From Takakia lepidozioides (Eukaryota; Plantae; Bryophyta), in assembly GCA_030704615.1 (NCBI GenBank), contig CM060731.1, positions 52,514,001 through 52,578,000 on the forward strand: 64,000 nt of DNA, given 5' to 3'. Positions 32,570 through 45,835 of the stretch are shown here, piece by piece (positions within the stretch are counted from its first letter, which is position 1; every line of letters begins with the position of its first letter). The notes under the pieces are model-generated. The model was not told the DNA's origin. It saw nothing but the letters and a program-made list of their open reading frames with translations, and searched no databases. A program made the translations under genes and the position numbers.

Positions 32570-35500
32570 AGAGAGGGAAGATACTTTTTGTCATGTCAAG
32601 ACAAAGACAAGACCCCTAGGTCGTTGTCATGAATAAGAAGAATAATCAGACATATCAGCCACTTAACAGTGGCACCATCCATCAATCATCAAGCTTAGAA
32701 AATCCAGAATTACATCCATGCACAGTAATGTGTTCATGTCAGTATTATTCATAACCCAAAGAGTATGCCACTGATGCTAATTGACCACCAGTCATGATCA
32801 TGATATACATTCAGACGTCTGGGTGGGATGGCGGGTACTTGGCCATATTTTGGCCTTGATGTGTTGCAGGTCAAATGGTCATACATATTTATTGTCCGCA
32901 AGCTGTAATCCAAGAATACTTATTCAAACCCCATGAGTGTCATGGAGGGTTTTTTTAAGAAATTAGAGAGAACAAAATGAACACTTGGACATCACAGATT
33001 TTAAATACCTTGCCCTGCCAGTATTGGTTTAGACTGGTCTGCAGCACAGCTTGCCCCCACAGGGGAGGTGGATATGTCTGGTAAGTTTTCCAGACTACCC
33101 CTATACCTTTAATTCTTGCTAGAGCTGAAAATCAAAGTTCATGACACAACAAGGTAAAGATAAAGGACTGCATACACATCCTGCGACAGTATATGATACT
33201 GTCAGTACACCCTTTACATCATTCCACATTTGACCATGTCATTACACCATGTCCAGGGGGTATTTCCACTTGACCACCCTGGCTGCCTCAAAAACCAGTT
33301 ACCAGTTATATATTGCTGCCATATTTCATTGTCAGCCAAATATCCATAGGCAAAATCTTCACCATACCCTGGCCTAAGCATCTAGCTAACAAAGCCATCC
33401 GGGTTGGAACATAACACGGGCCAACATGGGTACCCGAATAGCTGCAACAAACAATTCCTTGCAGCCTCTCAAATTGTTACCATAAGGTAAGCAAAGCAAA
33501 TTAGTGCCTAGAAAACAAATGGTGTCTCTCACACAAGCCATCATAAACCCGGCTGTCACAACAAAGCAGAGGTCTTCCACTGGCTGGGCCAAAAATAGCC
33601 CATCGTAGAAAGCATTACACTTGTTCTTAAAAAATAACGAAGGAAAGAGGTAAGATCAAGAAAAACCATAGAGTAGTTTAGTTTTTCAACATTTTAAGAT
33701 GAGTCCCTGGTAAGCGATTCCTTCCCCTGCTCTGCAATCCCACTTGGCATCCAGTAGCACCTAGACATTAGAATATTAAGTGGAATCCCTCACCTGTGCC
33801 CGTCCCAAAAACAACCACAACGCATTGTGAGTTAGTGAGGATGCATGAGGTGAGTAACAGACTCCCACACTTGCTATCGAGGTCAAATACACTTCAATCT
33901 AAGCGCAGAGAATGCCAAGGAAAGCAGGGAAGCAAAACAAACAGAAAAAGAACATTTTTTACTGTCTGGGGGAGAGTCGTCATCTCTCCCCAAGCCTAAC
34001 CGTGCAGGGAGGACTCCACCAGCACCACATCACTGCTACCTTAACCAAAGCAAAGTCTTGTCAAGCACAAGAAAAAAGAGCTTGGTCTCAAAAGTTAGGG
34101 TTTATAAAGGGAGGGAGAGAGACTTCCTTGTTCTACCAAGACGCCGCCATTCATCAAAGATCCAGAGGAGGGCTCCTAGGGAAACGTCATAAGCACGCAG
34201 GTGGTACCTCTGCCATCACTGCCGCGGTTCCCTTGTGCAGCAAAAAAACAGACAACTGAGACAGTGAATCTTCCCTCATCTCTAAGCCACCGCCTAGGCG
34301 GCGCTCACAGGAGCCATAAACACTCATTCTCGCAGCGCAAAAAGAAAGACATTAGGGTTACGCAGGGTTTTCCCCTGTCTGGCCCGTCATTCATCCTTCT
34401 CAGGATGAAAACATCCGCCAACCTGTACGCCCGACGGACTTTGTCCGTTTCTCATTCGCGGAAGATGAAAGACATCGTGCGTTCATCCTGTCTTGAACTC
34501 GACGGATGCAATCCGCATTTCATCTAGGTTAGATGAAAAACATTGGGGGTTTAAAACAACTTTTTTATACCTGTCTGGCCCGTATTTAGGTCATGTCAGA
34601 TGAAGTCCTTTTTTCATCCAAGTTGGATTGAAAAAATAAAAACTGATGGGAGTTTTGTAACTCACAAGTATTTAGTGAAGAAATGTTTCACTAGGGAAAA
34701 AAATTGTATTTTGGATGAAAAACATCCAAAATTCCCTGCAACCCAATTTTTCAAAGATGGAAGTCGGGACAACAATTCCATAAACCCAGTTTCCAAAGGG
34801 AGAGAGAGGGAGAGAGAGGGAATGAGAGGGAGAGATCAGGAAACCAAAAAAAAAAAAAAAAATGTGGGGGGGGGGGGGGAGTGACTCAACAGCTGCAGCT
34901 GCTCGGTTACCCCCCCACCCCACATTTTTTTTTTTCTTTGTTGCCCCCTCTCTCCCTCTGTCTCCCTCTCTACTGGGAACCGGCAGGTTGTTATCAATGT
35001 TGATTTCCTGTTTTTTCACCCATACCGGATGAAGTTTTGACAGCGGCTCATCCATCCTCTATCGGCTTTTTCATCCATACCGGATGTGCCACCATGATGG
35101 ACACTGAATTACCTTTAGGATGGTTTTTTGGTTTTTTTCATTCCTCTTTTATTGATTCTAATCCATACGGGATGAGTCACCAAAGAATGAAAAATTACCT
35201 CTATGAAGGTTGTCAACAACATCCTATTTTTCATCCATACCGGTTGAAAAACTACCAGGATAATAATTTTTCATTCCTCTTTCATTGACTCTTTTTTATC
35301 CATGACGGATGGTATGAGGAATGATGAATTACCTAAGTGGAGGTAAATCGTTGCCACGGATGATATCCCCTACTTTTTCATCCTAACAAAGTGATTTGTT
35401 TGTGGATGACAAGTACAGATGATTATGGCCTGGAATTGATCTTAACTACCCCTAATTATGATTAATTATGGGGAAAACCCTAACCCCTACCCTAAAACCT

Positions 35501-37350
35501 ATTTTTAACTGTGCCATGGATGAAATCCGTCAGGGTAGAAGGTTGTGGTATACTGTTTTTCATCCACGGATGAAAAATCGGGAAAAAAAAAAAAAACCCT
35601 ATGTTGTCTCTCCCGCTATCAGAAGCACGCGATGTGCTTCTGAGCTCGCGGGGAGAATGTTATGGCGGACGTGCTTTGGTGGCTGCCCCATTTGTGGTGT
35701 CGTACCCATGCTGGACGAGCGCTTGGGGAGGCGCGAAGGCGGCGCCTTGTCTCTCTTGCAGCGGGAAACACTGCTGTGAATGCAGTGGCATCTTCCCTCC
35801 TCTGGCTTTTATTTTTTGCAATGGCATGTGTACTGGGAAGTCTCTCTCCCTCCCGTCTATTGCCTTGCAAGTTTGTCTACTTTGCTTCATTGCTCATGTG
35901 TTTTGTGGAGGCAGCTTGCTGCGGGTGGTGATGGCGCATAACCCTCTTCCCCAATCGCTTAAGGTGCCTTTGGAGTTTAGGGATCCTTGTGTTCTTATCT
36001 TCTTCTCTTGCTTTTGAGATTCTTAGTTGACATCGATGACAAGTGTGAGGGTCTATGATTCACCTGGGGTTCCACAATCCTCACTAATCCGTTGATTTTG
36101 TGGGGGCTTGTGATGGGACCAGGTGAGGATCCTCACCTACTTTGAAGTTTCTTGAGCATGCAGTTGGGATATGGGCTGAGGAGACCTCTGAGTTATTGCG
36201 CTTTGAGGTGGCTGCTGCTTGCAGCCCCGATTTCAACCCGATTGCTCCTGGTTTGGCATGCTACAACATATGTTTTGGCTTTTGTTGTTAGACTGCCGTC
36301 GATGGGGCAGCTCGACATGTCTGGCTCGTCTCCTGAGGCCTGCATACAGACCATACCCTATCTTTTGATCTTTGACAGCAAGGCATGTGGATCACTGAGC
36401 TAGGTTGTAAGTTCTTTGGGCCATAGAGGATCTAATTTTATGTGGTATGTTTTTGGCGGTTTTGGGTCTCTATGGACATGGTGGCCTTGGATGTTTATGG
36501 CGGCAGCCTAATAAGGCACCGACCTGCTCATTTTCAAGCCTGGTTCTGATTTGTAATGGATCACAGTGAGGTGTTCTTTGCATGCTTCAGCATGGACTTC
36601 TTGAAGGATGAGGATGGTAAGCTGTAATGGGATCCTACCTACACTTTTGGCTTTGTCATGACATCAGGCCTATGACATGCAATCTGGTTTTTTATAGGCA
36701 AAAGAGGCTGGATCTCGGTTGCTCAAGTTACAAGTCTTGAATTTGCAATTTGACAGGCTGAATTCACATTCCCTTGACACCTTGTATGATCACATGTCTC
36801 GGGGAGAATACAATGGTATAGAATCTATTTCATCATGCCCAAGTAGGATTGCTTGGTGGCATATTTTGATTCTGACAAATTGCAGGCTGGTCCTTATGCC
36901 TTGGCTGATGCATGACCTACGGTAATTATTGGCTGAAAAGGTAAGATGCTGCAACATGTGGGTCATGCCCAAGATGTATGTGTGAAAACGTGTCTTGAAA
37001 TGGTAATAGGGCAGGCTGGACCATGGTACCTTGCCCTTTGCATGACCTCAACACTTTATGCTCCTTCAATACATGACCTGCTGGTAAGGTATGTGAGCAG
37101 GCTGAACCAAGTTGCCATGCAGCCTGCATAGAGGCGACAATATCTTATCTTGTCCCACACAAGAACAAACCCCGACCTCCCACCCTCTTTTGTCTTGGAT
37201 GATTGGGTGGTGTCATTTGGGATGATTTGACAAGACTGGAAGTGTGAGATAGTGCCCTGTCTAGGGCTGGTTATGTCTGTAATTGACAATGACCCTTATG
37301 GGTCTTGTCCATGTCTTGACATGACGTGAATATCTTCCCACTCTCTCCCT
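32570..37350. mobile_element. Non-autonomous foldback/TIR-like element with diverged inverted arms
   Basis: gtcatgtcaagaca..gacaagacc at about 32590 is inverted at about 37284-37326; ggatgaaaa/ttttcatcc repeats in the centre. Confidence 0.45.
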
Positions 37351-38199
37351 CTCTCTTTTTAACTTTTTCTACCCCCTCTCTCCCTCTATGGGATTTGTTT
37401 TGTGAGCAGCACAAAAGAGAGGAGAGAGAGAGAGAGAGAGAGAGAGGGGGAGCGAGAGGGACAGATCAGGAAACAAAAAAAAAAAAAAAAAAAGATGGGA
37501 GGGGAGTGACTGAGCAGCTGCTGCTCAATCATCCCCCCCCCCACCCATTTTTTTTCATTGTTGTCCCCTCTCTCCCTCTGTCTCCCTCCTCGGAATTGGC
37601 CGGTTGCATCAGTGTTCTTTTCATGTTTTTCCATCTATACCGGATGGATTCTAAACAGTGTTTTCACTTGCCCTATAAAGTTTTTCTATCCATACCGGAA
37701 GATTTACCTGGGTGGACACTAAAATACCTCTAAAAAGGGTCTATAATTTTTCATTCCTCTTTTATTGACTTTCATCTATGTCATGGTTTTAGTCATGGTT
37801 ATCTAGAATTACCTACTTCTAGTTAACTAGGACATTTTAGATATTTATATTTATATTTTGTGTGTTGGGACTTCATTTGGTCTCACATGCCAAGTGAGGT
37901 GTTGAGCCTCACTTGAGACATGGAGATAGGTTTTCCCCTTGTGAGTGTTGAGGAGGCTCATCTTCTTGTAGTTGAGCCTCTATGAGCTTCTCTCACCTCC
38001 ATAGCTCTAGGTATTGAGAGGGAGTGTGTTGAGGGCTTTGTAGGGTGGATTCCTTTAGCAAAGGTGCCATTGGCTTGACTTAGTTTATGTGATAGAGTGG
38101 ATTTCACTTGGAAGGACTAGGGCTTGTTCTTCATGTGATTGCTTCATGCTTTGAGAGCTTTCATTGTCTTCTACTTCTCTCATTTCTCATCTCTTATCA

Positions 38200-38211
38200 C
38201 TACAAGAAGAT
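38200..38211 (+). promoter_or_regulatory. Putative self-priming PBS CTACAAGAAGAT
   Basis: Perfect complement of 37960-37971 (ATCTTCTTGTAG) inside repeat A. Confidence 0.7.
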
Positions 38212-39504
38212 CACCTTATGCTTGTGAGTGCGGAGTGTAAGGATTAGTTTTGCACTTGTATTTTAAAGAGGTTGAGAGCTAGGAGAATTTAGCTCTTGTA
38301 TCACAAGGCTTGCAAGGGGTTGCAAGGAAAGGTGCTCAAGTATTGCATGCACCAAGGAGTTGGAGAGCTTGAGAAGAAAGCTCTTGAGTCACAAGATTTT
38401 GCAAGGATTGTAAGGAGGAAGTCTTATGTGTGTGGAAGCATGGATTCTAGGGTTTGAGAATCCTTTCTATGCATTATGGAGTCGATGGTGTGCGCCATGG
38501 CTTGTGGAGAGTGACTAAAGGCTTGTTAGTGCTCATTTCACTATCAAGCTAGGGTTAAGCAAGTTCAAAGTGTGGATGTTGTGGAAGAGAAGCCAATGAG
38601 CTATATATGCTTGGGCTTGAAGACAACAAGGGCAAGCACTTAGAGAGCACTAAGAAGCTCAAGAGGTTTTGAAAGGGAGCATGTGAAGAAATCTTCCAAT
38701 CATGGTGGTGTGGAGCCAAGCTTAGGGTGCCATTGGAAGGGCTTGGAGAACATGTGGTGGGAAATCCTTGAAGGGAAATCATCATTCAATGTATGCATAG
38801 CTTCACCCTAACTATGTAATGTGACAAGAGGGGGAGGCAATACTTGGCTATTCATGCTCTTGGTAGTGCGAGCTTTGTGGTGGATAGTTGACCAAGCAAG
38901 TGGTGCATGTGTGAAGCATGCTCGCTTGAGTTTGTAAGTTCAAGTTTGAGAAGGGGAGCTCTTGAACTAGCAAGAGGTGAAGGCCTTTGAGATCCATTTG
39001 TGTGTGAAGTGGAGAGGTGTTGATTCATGTTATGATGAAGGAGAGCAACACATAGGCCAAGAGGTCATGAAACATGCATTCAAATGATCACGGGGAGCAC
39101 ATGGATGATGGATTGGTGCAAGACCCCGAATGAGGCATATGGCGTGAGAGTGGGATCCAAGGCGGATTGCTTGGGAGCATTATTGTAAGTGACAAGCATT
39201 GCTCCTACACATTGAGATAATTTGTGTTGATTTGGAGCAATTGTCAAGTGATGAGAAGACAAATGCATGATTGCTCGGCAATGGAGATATGGTAGTTTGC
39301 AATCAAATCCCAAGGACTAGAAGGGGGATTGATTTGGTGGACAATAACTTGCAAGTTGAGTTGGACCACTCTTGGTTGCACATTGGGGTGGAAGAGAGCA
39401 AGAAGATGCCTCTTATGACCACCTAGAGACCATATTTTTGCTTGAGTAGAAGCATAGAAGTCAAGGACTTGCATTCCAGCTCTTCATTACAAACCCTAGT
39501 AGTG

Positions 39505-40050
39505 TATGCTCAGACTATACCTATGTTAGTATACCAAACAGGAGCTTGTCCCTTTGACTATACCTCTGTTGAGGTATCACCATATGTGAACCCTAATGTG
39601 AGACTATACCTCTGTTAGTATACCAAACATGAGCTTGTCCATTTTACTATATCTCTATTGAGGTATCACCATATGTGAACCCTAATCAGCTCAGACTATA
39701 TCTCTGTTAGTATACCAAACAGGAGCTTGTCCCTTTTACTATACCTCTGTTGAGGTATCACCATATGTGGACCCTAATCAGCTCAGACTATACCTCTGTT
39801 AGTATACCAAACAGAACCCTCATTTTCAGACTATACCTCTGTAAAGGTATCATCAACATAAGGGACCCTAGCAGCCTCAGACTATACCTCTGTTAAGGTA
39901 TCAACAGTGAAAGGACTTACTGAAATTTAAGGGCCTTTGGAGGATTGTTTGGAAGATATTTGAGGGCCCTTAGAGGAGTATTTGGAGGATCTTTGGGGTC
40001 CTTGGAGGAGTGTTTGGAGGATCTTTGGGGTCCTTGGAGGACCCTTCGAG
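39505..40050. repeat. Tandem repeats in the 5' leader of copy 2 (about 91-bp gactatacctctgtt units, then about 33-bp tttggaggatc units)
   Basis: Direct reading. Confidence 0.85.
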
Positions 40051-40718
40051 GAGCTTTGGTGGACAATGTTGAAGAGCTCTTGAAGGATTGATTGAGGGAT
40101 ATTGAAGGATACTTGCCACGGCCATACAAGCGAGTGGATAGAGACAGGAGGGAGAGTGGTGGGATGAGAGCATTCTGGGGTTAGGAATTGCTTTAGTTTC
40201 TCTTCTCCATAGTCTTTCACCCTCTCTGTAGGCCAAAACCTTTCCGTAGGTGGAGGCAAGAGTCAGTCCGGGTTTGGGCTGGGGTGTCTTTGCAGGAGCG
40301 ACACTGTGGAGTGTTTTTGGTCTGGGGGAGTTGCTGTCTTGATTTTCTTGTGTTTGGATCCCCTCCACACCTGCATGCTTGACTGTGCGCCATGTTAGCT
40401 TTGTGTGGGCGCTTGTTTTCATAGGAGGTTGGTCCGGATTTGATCACCGGCCAATCCTAGAGTATGCTGTCGGTGGTGAGGCTGGAGTGATGACCAGCAA
40501 GACCACCAGTGTTTCTTCTATGGTGAGGCTGGGTTGATGACCAGCAGACCATAGGAGTGCTTGCGGTGGATGCAGGTGCAGGTACAGGTCTACGTTAGAA
40601 ACCTATTGTTCCTGCTTGAACCAGTAGCCGCAACAGGTTCTTTACCCGGTTACCTTGTAGAAAGTGGGGATTAGAGACAGGTTGACAACCGGTTGGGTTG
40701 TGAGTTTTCATCACGGAG

Positions 40719-42178
40719 GTGCCACCAGCTGCTGAGGGGAGTGCCGGTACAAGCACCAGCGATACTAGTGGGTACACAAGACAAGGTGTGCGGTTTAGGC
40801 CACTTTCACCTTCAGTGTCTTCTGAGGAAGGTTCAGACTCGGAGTCGGGAGGATTCTCGCCGAGGGTGCAAGTCATTTCTGTGCCATTGTTGTGGGACAC
40901 GATGGAGGAGATGTATGGAGCTACCAAGGGGCCACGTAGGTACTCTGGAGCTGTGGGCACCATCGAGCTTGATGAATTTATACAAGAGTTTGACATTTGA
41001 TGTGATTTGCAGCAAATGCGCAATCCACAACTGTTTACGCCCTTTATGGCATGGAAGGGGTTATTCCAGCACCTTGAGGGGCCGCCCATGGATGATTACC
41101 ATGAATTTAGGCGGGGACATGCGGTGGAGATTGAGGAGTGGCGAGAGTATTGGTCACCTAACTATGTCTCAATCACTAGAGGCACAAGGGCAGCGGTGAC
41201 ACCGACAGCTACACAAACATCTCCAACTATAAGCACTAGTAGTGGAACAAGTAGTGCCGGCACTTCTGTAGGTGGTACCAGTTCAAAAGGTGCTACTACT
41301 CCTCCTGCCACAATTACAATACATGTGCCTAGATTCAACCCGGTGGTGGAGTTCTTCCATGAGTTGCGGAGGAATTACCAAGGTGTACGGACAGAGAAGC
41401 TGCGAAGTTTGTAAGACTTCCAGCGCAAATCCAGTGAGAGCTTGCGAGAGGCCTACACTCGTATGAGGCGCTTGATAAGTGTGACCCAAGGGGTTACTGA
41501 AGCTCAGGCAGTCCAGTTTTGGTATGGAATTTTGGACAAGGAGCTCAAGAGAAGGGTGCGGGATACAACCCTATTACAAGCGGCCCAACCCACATTAGCG
41601 GATGTGTTTCTGCTGGCTGAGCGGATTGAGCTCAACATGGTGGAGGAGCGAGTTGTTACCATTGGATTTGGCAAGGACATGCCTGCACAAGGTGCAGCTG
41701 CCAGCCAACAGGTACAAGGGACTGCCCAACAGCGTGGTCAAGGGGGCAAGGTTGCCCAACCCAAGTTCTATGGAGCTTACACGGGACCTCAGGTGCAGGG
41801 GCCCGTGGCATCTTTTGTAGGCCAACAGCAACCAGGGGTGATATGTTGGACATGTGGAGGACCCCATGTCAAGAGAGATTGCCCAGATAGTGGCAGAAGG
41901 CAGGCACAAGCACAGCCTGCACAGTTGCAGTGTGGGCATTGTAGCAAGTATGGGCATGGAGACGCCCAGTGTTATGACTTGCACCCTGAGTTGTGCCCAG
42001 GCCAGTTCCAAGGGAACAATGGTGGCCGGGGGTGAGGTGGACCAGCCCAGAGAGGACGAGGTGGTCGGGCATGAGGTGCAGGCCAAGGGCAAGCTCAACA
42101 TGGCCAAGGACGCGGAGGTCACGGTGTTGACCAAGACATGGCCAACGGCTTCAGCAGCTAGAGCAGAGGCTCGCTGCC
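40719..42178 (+). pseudogene. gag of copy 2, with premature stops
   Basis: Homologous to 22843-24220; stops at 40998, 41412 and 42033. Confidence 0.85.
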
Positions 42179-44749
42179 ATGGCTACAGCTCAGGTGGTAC
42201 CGGCTCCCAGGCGGGATGGTCCACCTCCTGCTCTTGAGGGAGGAGATATGGGAGGCATAGGATTCATGTGCGGAGCAGCACTACCACTAGTGCAGGTGGA
42301 GTCTGCTGCGGCCGTGACTCGAGGAGCAGCACGAGTTCATGAGCCACGAGGTGCAGAGGTGGAATTCGATCCACGGCGTGGGGAGGCAAGCCGTCAGGCA
42401 AGGCTTCCTCAGTTATTCACATTGGCGGAGACAGTGTCGACGCCATCCATGGCACCTAGTTCTTGCCCGACTGTTACCGAGGCGGAGGTTACTATGCCAT
42501 TGGGGAGAGCTACACGTGCAGCACTGACACCTGCTACCAAGGCTAGTGCAGCCGGTGTGTTATTGGGGGCATCCACCTCTGTGTGTCAAGCCCCACTGTT
42601 CTCGGCAACCATGATTGCGACGCCGGGGGTAAGACCGGCTGCAGTGTTCAGACTAGAAGCAACACTCTGCGAGAGTGGGGAGGTCACTTCATCTTCTGCG
42701 GAGTTACTGCAAGGTGTAGTGGCAGAGGGATCCTCGGATTTGAGGGTCAAGACTGCCACGGCTGTGCCATGGCAAGCTGCAGCTGCCAGGTTGACGGAGC
42801 TGCCAGCTAGGCCAGCCTTTGAGCGCGCCATGGTGACACCTGGAGTTGTCTTGTTAGACAACCAGAGAGGCATTTTCACTTTGAGTGGACCAGCAGGCAT
42901 TGAATTGGCTACTGACACGCCAATCTTTCGGAGACCCTATAGATACAGTGACATGAAGAGGTTTTTGATTCAGATGAGAACTCAGGACCTTTGGGAGGCT
43001 GGTTTGGTGGAGCTATCTGGGGGAGAATATGCTTCAGCCATAGTGATGCCAACCAAGAAGGATGTATTTGGCAATTGGACGGAGAGACGTATGTGCGGTG
43101 ATTACCGGCCTGTAAATCGTCAGACCAAGTCCGATAGGTATACCATGCCAACACCAGAGGAGATCTTTGATGCCATTGGGCATGCCAAGGTCTTTAGCAC
43201 GTTGGATTTAAGATCCGGATATCACCAGTTGCCGATCAAGGAGGCGGATAAGCAAAAGACGGCATTCTGGGGGATCAATGAGCACGGGAAGGATTGCCTA
43301 TACCAGTGGCGGTTCTTACCATTTGGGCTTAAGAACACTCCGGCAGAGTTTCAGAGAGTCATGGACAGGATTCTAGCAGGGGTGGAGTTTGCTCGGTGCT
43401 ACATAGATGACATCATTATCTTTAGTGCTACGGTGGAAGAGCATGAGAGACACCTTCAGGGGGTATTTGAGCGCTTGAGGGCGCACGGATTGAAGTTACA
43501 TCCGGGAAAGTGCAAGTTTTTCCACAACCAGATTAAGTATCTGGGTCACATGATATATCCTGGAGGATTGGGGGTACAGCAGACTAAGGTAGAGTCCATT
43601 GCACAGGTTCCACGCCCCATGGATGTGAGCCGAGTTCGAGCTTTCATGGGGTTAGCAAACTATTATAGATGGTTTGTTAAGGGATTTAGTGCCATTGCAA
43701 AGGCTCTAACCAAGCTGACCAAGGTGGACCAGGAGTGGCAGTGGGAAGATGAGCAAGAACAAGCTTTTCAAGAGCTCAAGGCGAGGTTGACCTCGGCGCC
43801 CATCTTGAGACGACCTATCAAGGGGCGTCCTTTTCAGCTGCATACAGATTGGAGCATGCTGGGGCTTGGAGCGGTGCTCACACAGGTGGATGCTGAGGGA
43901 AGAGAGTTCGTAGTGGCTTATGCTAGCCGCTCGAACAACGTTGCAGAGTCTAAATATAGCTCATATGAGGGAGAATGCTTAGCTGCAGTGTGGGTCGTGG
44001 CACACTTCAGGTGCTATCTATACGACAATCTCTTCACCCTTGTCACGGATCACCAACTACTCAAGTGGTTGATGGAGTCAGACAAGCTTACGGGGAAGCT
44101 TGCACGGTGGGCACTCATCCTTCAAGAGTATGACTTTCAGGTGGTGCATCGACCGGGTTTGGTCAATCGCAATGCAGATGGGTTGAGTCGCAATCCATGC
44201 ACGAGCCAGCAGGATGACACTGGAGCTCGGTGGCATGGTGAGACGGACGAGGAGATGGTGCCCGAATGGCATGCATCTGCATTTCTGTGTATCTTGGCAG
44301 CGGAAGGCCAGGTTGGACCTACAACAGGGATGACTGTAGATCAAGTGTCTGAGGACCCTGAGGCCAGCAATGAGCAAGGTGGCGCCAAAGATATACATGA
44401 GGATTCAGTTGTGTTGGACTACCTCCGCACTGGAGACACTGCAGCCACTGTGACTGCCAAGGAGAGGGATCGGATCCTACAACGAGCCAAGACGTTCAAG
44501 TGGGAGGGGACACACCTGCTCCGAGTGTGGGAGGATGGTCGAGTGAGGATTGTGCCTCACCCAACACAGCGGGCACGGTTAGTGCGGCATGCCCATGAGG
44601 AGTTGGGGCATTTTGGGATGCGACGCACTCATAGTCTACTGCAGGGGCAGTATTGGTGGCGTGGTATGCACACAGAGGTGCAACAATTTGTGGCTAGGTG
44701 CATGGTGTGTGACAGGGTGCATGCTTCATTCAACGCCCCTACTCCATAA
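42179..44749 (+). CDS. gag tail fused in frame to reverse transcriptase, RNase H and integrase N-terminus
   Basis: RMCGDYRPVN, LDLRSGYHQ, PFGLKN, YIDD; RNase H TDWS..YASR..ECLA..TDH..NADGLSR; HHCC. Confidence 0.92.
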   Translation: MATAQVVPAPRRDGPPPALEGGDMGGIGFMCGAALPLVQVESAAAVTRGAARVHEPRGAEVEFDPRRGEASRQARLPQLFTLAETVSTPSMAPSSCPTVTEAEVTMPLGRATRAALTPATKASAAGVLLGASTSVCQAPLFSATMIATPGVRPAAVFRLEATLCESGEVTSSSAELLQGVVAEGSSDLRVKTATAVPWQAAAARLTELPARPAFERAMVTPGVVLLDNQRGIFTLSGPAGIELATDTPIFRRPYRYSDMKRFLIQMRTQDLWEAGLVELSGGEYASAIVMPTKKDVFGNWTERRMCGDYRPVNRQTKSDRYTMPTPEEIFDAIGHAKVFSTLDLRSGYHQLPIKEADKQKTAFWGINEHGKDCLYQWRFLPFGLKNTPAEFQRVMDRILAGVEFARCYIDDIIIFSATVEEHERHLQGVFERLRAHGLKLHPGKCKFFHNQIKYLGHMIYPGGLGVQQTKVESIAQVPRPMDVSRVRAFMGLANYYRWFVKGFSAIAKALTKLTKVDQEWQWEDEQEQAFQELKARLTSAPILRRPIKGRPFQLHTDWSMLGLGAVLTQVDAEGREFVVAYASRSNNVAESKYSSYEGECLAAVWVVAHFRCYLYDNLFTLVTDHQLLKWLMESDKLTGKLARWALILQEYDFQVVHRPGLVNRNADGLSRNPCTSQQDDTGARWHGETDEEMVPEWHASAFLCILAAEGQVGPTTGMTVDQVSEDPEASNEQGGAKDIHEDSVVLDYLRTGDTAATVTAKERDRILQRAKTFKWEGTHLLRVWEDGRVRIVPHPTQRARLVRHAHEELGHFGMRRTHSLLQGQYWWRGMHTEVQQFVARCMVCDRVHASFNAPTP

Positions 44750-45835
44750 TTGCACCCTCTTCCGATCATGGGATTGGGCTACAGGTGGAGTCTTGACTTC
44801 GCAGGACCGTTGCCACTGACCATGCGTCACAACAAGTATATGTTGGTGATGGTGGAGCACTTCTCCAAGTGGATTGAATTGGTTCCATTGCCTGATAAGG
44901 CTAATGAGGGAGCTGCGTATGCATTCTTGGATTGTGTGCTTAGCCGATTCGGTGCTCCAGCTGAGGTACTCACGGACCAAGGGAGAGAGTTCTTGGGGGA
45001 GTTTCAGGCTTTGTGTGACAAGGCCTTGATAGACCACCGCACCACTTCTCGGGATCATCCTGAGGCCGATGGCTTGGCAGAGAGAGTTGTTCAGACAGTA
45101 AAGAGGGGTTTGCGCAAGTATGGCTTGCAGAAGGGACACCTAGGAGATTGGGACCTTCAGTTACCCTGGTTAGCCATGGGCTACAGGTTCAGCAAGCAAG
45201 CATCACTTGCCTCCTTCTCACCATACTTTCTTCTCTTTGGCCGAGAGCTGGATTTGCCTACATCCATTCGCAGAGAAGCTGCTACAGTTCTTAACCTTGA
45301 CGATCCGGACGTGTGGGCACGTGCATGTGAGCAGCGTGCAGAGTTGTTCAAGAAAGTCATGCCCATGGCTTTCGAGAACCTTGCCATTGCACAACATCAT
45401 GATACGTTGAGGTATGCTACCATACGTGGTGGGGGTTATCGTCGTGGGGTTCGGAGATTCAACCCTGGTGACTATGTTTATCTGCAGCAGACTGCTCCTA
45501 CGACCTTGGATGTGACTGCAGGACGTACTATTTTGAGGGTTCGAGAGGTGTTGCCCTCAGGAGTCCTGATCTTGGAGGGTCGGGATGGCATGATTTGGAA
45601 GGACCATGTGCGTAATTGCGCGCCATGTCACCTTCCAAATGTTGATGGAAGGGTTGACCCAAACCTGACAGTGGTACCTACAAGTTTGAGGTGCATGTTG
45701 TATGGGTCTGCTAGAGGGGCAGCCACCATGCTGGTGTGTGATCAATGCTCTAGAGGTTGGCATATGGGATGCTTGACTCCACCTCTTGAGATGGTTCCTG
45801 ATGGGGATTGGTTATGTCCGCATTGCATTGGATAG
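44750..45835 (+). CDS. Integrase core plus PHD finger (second Cys mutated to Tyr), copy 2
   Basis: DDE motifs; CMLY..CDQC..HMGC..CPHC; separated from the upstream ORF by a TAA at 44747. Confidence 0.9.
   Translation: MHPLPIMGLGYRWSLDFAGPLPLTMRHNKYMLVMVEHFSKWIELVPLPDKANEGAAYAFLDCVLSRFGAPAEVLTDQGREFLGEFQALCDKALIDHRTTSRDHPEADGLAERVVQTVKRGLRKYGLQKGHLGDWDLQLPWLAMGYRFSKQASLASFSPYFLLFGRELDLPTSIRREAATVLNLDDPDVWARACEQRAELFKKVMPMAFENLAIAQHHDTLRYATIRGGGYRRGVRRFNPGDYVYLQQTAPTTLDVTAGRTILRVREVLPSGVLILEGRDGMIWKDHVRNCAPCHLPNVDGRVDPNLTVVPTSLRCMLYGSARGAATMLVCDQCSRGWHMGCLTPPLEMVPDGDWLCPHCIG

Noticed and set aside
34689-34705. cactagggaaaa as a CACTA left terminus (also about 55128)
   Set aside because: Both copies have homologous sequence on either side, and no matching right terminus or TSD was found.
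36058-36130. Twister or hammerhead ribozyme in the repeat stem-loop
   Set aside because: The catalytic core consensus is not matched; kept only as an unassigned stem-loop.
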